Positions 59,552 through 64,000 of a DNA stretch of 64,000 nt are shown here, one piece after another. The notes beneath the pieces are model-generated. The model saw only the letters and a list, made by a program, of their open reading frames with translations. It searched no databases and was not told the DNA's origin. Made by a program: the position numbers and the translations under genes. The stretch comes from the human T2T-CHM13v2.0 reference genome, Homo sapiens: assembly GCF_009914755.1 (NCBI RefSeq), contig NC_060928.1; one strand, 5' to 3'. Position 1 is the first letter of the stretch, and the number at the start of each line of letters is the position of its first letter.

Positions 59552-62239
59552 ATAGTTCTTAAGCTTTTAAGGTCAATTTAATTATTTTTTCTATTTATAC
59601 ATGCAGAAAATTTCAAGGGACCCTTTGAGTGTATAATCTCATTTTCAAATTTAGTCAGTTAACATCCCATAAACACTTTAAACTGCATTCATACAATTAA
59701 AAGCCAATTTTTAAAGTATTTCTTGTATCTGACTGACAGAAAAAACCTTCCCAAGTACCCAAATAAGTCTTCTAATGAATGAAAACTTATATAGTAAGAC
59801 TTATGTATAGCAAGCCTTTAAGGGTCTCTTGTATGTTCCAGTGGCATTTTGTATGTTTTAAAATACAAGCCTCAACCATTTTCTCATTACACTATTTAAA
59901 TTGGAATCACCATGCGAATCTGTTATTCTAACTCACCTATTTCTCCTAGCTAAGATACTATATATGTACAGATTCTTTAATTTTAAAAAATACTAATATA
60001 TGGGCTGTGTCTCAAACTTTTCTATACTTAATTCTGAATCTTCCTGGATGAAAAGATGCTTACAATTTTGGGGTTGCCTTCTCAACTCACTGTGGTTTTT
60101 TAATGACCAAAGATGTCCTTAGCCTGGATGGTGAGTGAATCCTTGCTCAAACTAGTGGCATACACAGAGCTCCATTTTATAGCTGCTTTGTTCTTGAAAC
60201 AGCATGTTTCTATTAGCCCTATTTCTTTAGATTCAAGTTAAACATTCCTAATTAATCTGTCTCCAGACAGGTTATTTTATCACTTGATTGGATTTAGTTA
60301 ATCTGTTTACTGTTCATTCTGTTCTCAATCACTGGTATGTACTAGCTGTGCGTGCCACAATCCTTCAGGATTAAAATGACATCTGTTAGAATCTCCTTGT
60401 GGCTTTGTCTCTGTGAGCAGTTTTAAGGTCATGTCAGTAATACCTGTGTTAACCAAAAACATAATAATGATTCTGGTTATGTGATAGAATTAATTTTTCT
60501 TATTTGAAATTTTTTTCCAAAAACTTTCTAGTTATCATGCAGCATATAACCTTCAAGAGAATAAAAGTAAATAATATGGCTATGTTTATTGTAAAATTTA
60601 ACCTTTGTGATAGGTTAATGTGATAACGTCTGTTATATATCTGTACTCCCAAGTTACCTAGTACTGTGTCTAAAGGAAACAATTGAAGCAATAGGCTTTA
60701 AAAAATTTTTGTAACTAATTCTGTCCTCATCTGTTGGTTGACTTCAAGCTTTTTTCCCTCCATTTTCTTTTTTCTTTTTTGCATTCCTCTTCAGCTTCTG
60801 CATTTCTTTCATTCCCTTGTTATCTTCGGAGCTAATGATCTGAAGTGCTATAACAGTAAAATAAACATGTGAGAGAGAAAGATGGTGCTAGTAGGCAATT
60901 TATAAGCTGATAGCTTTGTTGTTTGTTTTCTAGAAAGCTGCTGTAATACTACATTAAATTCTGACATTGGGTAATTAGAATGAGGCAGTTTTAAAAAAAT
61001 CTTTAAGTTCTTGCCTAGCAAAGCTGTAAATTAAAAATATTAAATCTATTCTGATAGCTTGATGATAACTTTGAAAAACAAATGTTCCTTTCTATGTTTT
61101 GGAGTTCTAAGAAGTTCTAACCAGAAATGTTCATAAAGATCCCATATTGAATATACAAAAAAAGTTTAAATAAAAATTAACACGGTATTGATATAATTCG
61201 TACCCGATTCAATCAAGCAACAGAGGTATAATTAGCAATCTTTGTAGCTAGAAAAATTAATTGCTGAAAAAATTCTATTGTGTGAGAAGTTACTTTTAAC
61301 CTTTTCATTTTTTTATTTATAGGGAATAATTATATTTTAAAACCCAATTTATTTTTAAAAAGTAAGGAAAAACAGTATCTTAAGATTTAAAACCTAGTCT
61401 GTCTCTTGTGCTCTCTATATATACACATAAATATATGTGTGTATGTATGTATAAAGCCAACATACTGGTTTTACAATGGGATACATAACATATCATCATA
61501 AGCAACCTAATTTTGTTCTCCTTCCTTTTGTCCTTCCATCCTTCCTTATATCACCAGAGGAAGTTCTGCCTCTATATAAAAACCCAGATTCATAATTCCC
61601 TCCTTGCCCTTTGGTAATACTAATGACTACAGTCACTTAAACTCCATAATTAAAAGTACCTAGTCAGTATATTAATCAACCTTTCAATGTCCATTCAGAG
61701 CTAAAACTTTTCCCTTCCCTAGCTAAGATTATCTATAGATGGAAGACAGTGTGATTAGCTTCTCTTTTTGTTGCTTATCTCCTCACCCACTGGCAAGTTG
61801 CTATATCTGACCCCATCAGGATCTAAACCAGGGGAAGGAAGAGAGAAAGCAAGGCAAACAGTTTTTGTTGTTGTTTTTCCCACACTCCTGTTGTGAAATT
61901 GCTTTACTGTTTTTGAACTTGATATGTGTTTAAGGCTGGCCCTTTTTCTTCGGTGTGCTTTTGTGGGTTCTTCACAATCCTTCACTGGAACTACACTACA
62001 TGTGACACTCCAGAATTTTTCCCTCCAACTAGCCAGTAACCCCTAACCCCTCTAGCCCTCAGCCTAGTTTTCTTTCAGGCCATTCCACAGTAGAAATAAT
62101 TCTAATTTGAATCCTTCTTCTTTCTCTTTCTCCTCTTCTTTCCCTTCTCTCCTTTTCCCCTCCTCCCCCTGCGCCTCCTCCCTTCTTCCTTTTTCTTGGT
62201 GGTGGTCTGGGTACTTCAGGTGGAACTCTGGGTAGAATT

Positions 62240-62680
62240 TTTTAAACAGCTTTTCGAGATATACTTCACATACAATAAAACTTACCCTTTAAAAAAATTC
62301 TTTTTAGTTTTTTAGAAACGGTCTCACTCTGTCAACCAGGCTGGAGTACAGAAGCATGATCATAGCTCACTGTAACCTCAGACTCCTGGGCTCAAGCGAG
62401 CCTCCCTTTTCAGCCTCCTTAATAGGTAGGACTACAGTAGGCACCACCATGCCCGGCTGATTTTATTTTTTGTAGAGATGAGGGTCTCCCCATGTTGTCC
62501 AGGCTGGTTTTGAACTTCTGGCCTGAAGCGATCCTCCTACCTTAGCCTCCCAAATTGCTGGGATTACAGGCTTAAGCCACTATGCTCAGCCTTCACCCTT
62601 ATAAAGTGTACCTTTAGTTATTTTTAGAATTTTTGTGCAACCATTGCCACTATCTAAATTTTAGGACATTTTAATCCTCT
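62240..62680 (-). mobile_element. L1M 3' tip interrupted by an antisense AluJ (~62297-62591)
   Basis: ACAGCTTTTCGAGATATACTTCACATAC...AAAGTGTAC...TGTGCAACCATTGCCACTATC. Confidence 0.8.
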
Positions 62681-64000
62681 GGGTAGGATTTCATATAGGT
62701 CCAAGCTGGCCCTCTGTGTGGCCGTGCTTCCTTGCCCCTCTCTTACCCTGAGCAGTGGAAGTATAGCTGGCTTCTGATACAGTATGTCTCCTCACTCTTG
62801 TGTGCCCTCCCTCTCCTGTCTACCTCATGTTGCTGCCTCAGAGTGATAGGCAACACCTTTAGATTCCTAAAGTGTGTATTAGGCACTGCCTGATGTGCCC
62901 TCCACTAACTCCAGAGAACATATATCAAGGACTCCCAGGGGTCCCATTAAAGCTTCTTTCACTGGCTTGAGGTGAAAGGAAGGCACCTTTCCACATCCCT
63001 CCCACTTTGGAGGAGACATGAAAATCAGCACACAACTCTCTTCAAAGAAATTCTTGTTCTATCTTTGCTCTACTCTTTATACCCTGAGTATATGCGTTAG
63101 AGCTATCTAACCAGTTCTCAGACATATTACTTTGGAAATTTGCTACAGGGTAGTCCTTCACACAAGTCATGTTGGTATCTGATTGCTAATATTATCTGAT
63201 CCCTCTGTTGAAACTTCCAATTTATCAATATTTTTCATGTAGAAGATAACTCACATATCTTTAGAAAGGAATGAAGCTTCTACTTTTTTCTCTTGAATAA
63301 ATATGCTATTATATAATAAAGTCAATGAGAACCTAGAGACTTTGGTGCAGGCAGGGGATCTAAATAAATAATCGCACTTCTTGTACAACCTAAGTAAAAA
63401 CGCTTTTGGCTTTTTTAAAGCAGTATCTTATAGTTTCCTTTTAACTTTCACATTGTGTATATAAGTAGACACCCTGGAGGCAGACTTTAAGCATAAAATG
63501 TTTTAGTAAACATTTAAAAAGGAAAGTGAAAGGACAAGACTGGCCTCATTTATAGTTGGAATTGCTTTTTTCAGTCAGGATTAAGTACCATAAATGTAAA
63601 TTAAAAGAAAATAGTAGCTTGTCTTGTTAGTTGAGTAAACAAAGTCAACTTTTATCTAAAACAGATGTTTTTATAGGTTAACTTTTAAACTCCTTATTTG
63701 GCTTCTTTTCCAAATCTGCTTCTCCCTTACAGTAGAAATATACTATATATGTTATGCTTAAATTGGTTTTGTCTGGGTAGAAATCTTATGAATCACTCTA
63801 AAGAACAATTTTCAAGCTGTGTCAATTTAGGAAAATTTATATAGAAGGATTTTAACTAGTTACATTTTCCTCTTTTAACATGAAAATAGGCTTATTAAGC
63901 CCCATAGAAAATCTTAAGTTTTATCAGTATATCATCACTTAACTGAACGCCATTGGAAAAATTGACCTGACAAAAATTTCAGCACAGACACTTATCTGAT

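Overview
Human genomic DNA, about 40% GC and repeat-rich. A human-specific pre-Ta L1HS supports the species call. There is one CpG-island promoter (~23.5-24.3 kb) driving a + strand, GC-rich first exon that ends at a clean splice donor (CCG|GTAAGG, 24274/24275), followed by ~40 kb of intron with no second coding exon. From memory this fits PTPN4 exon 1 and intron 1 (moderate confidence, needs BLAT). The upstream 23 kb is intergenic. No intact protein-coding gene is present; long ORFs are L1/Alu remnants or GC-rich shadows. I found no new multi-gene system. The notable signals are mechanistic: a twin-primed pre-Ta L1HS; an L1PA whose truncation point matches an 11-nt complement in its own TSD (candidate abortive twin priming); a perfect 34-bp inverted repeat in old DNA; a series of palindromic templated-insertion scars; a left-monomer-only Alu with TSD; two uORFs; tandem RFX boxes; and antisense splice donors suggesting a divergent transcript. 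Repeat subfamily names come from recalled consensus sequences and old-repeat boundaries are approximate.
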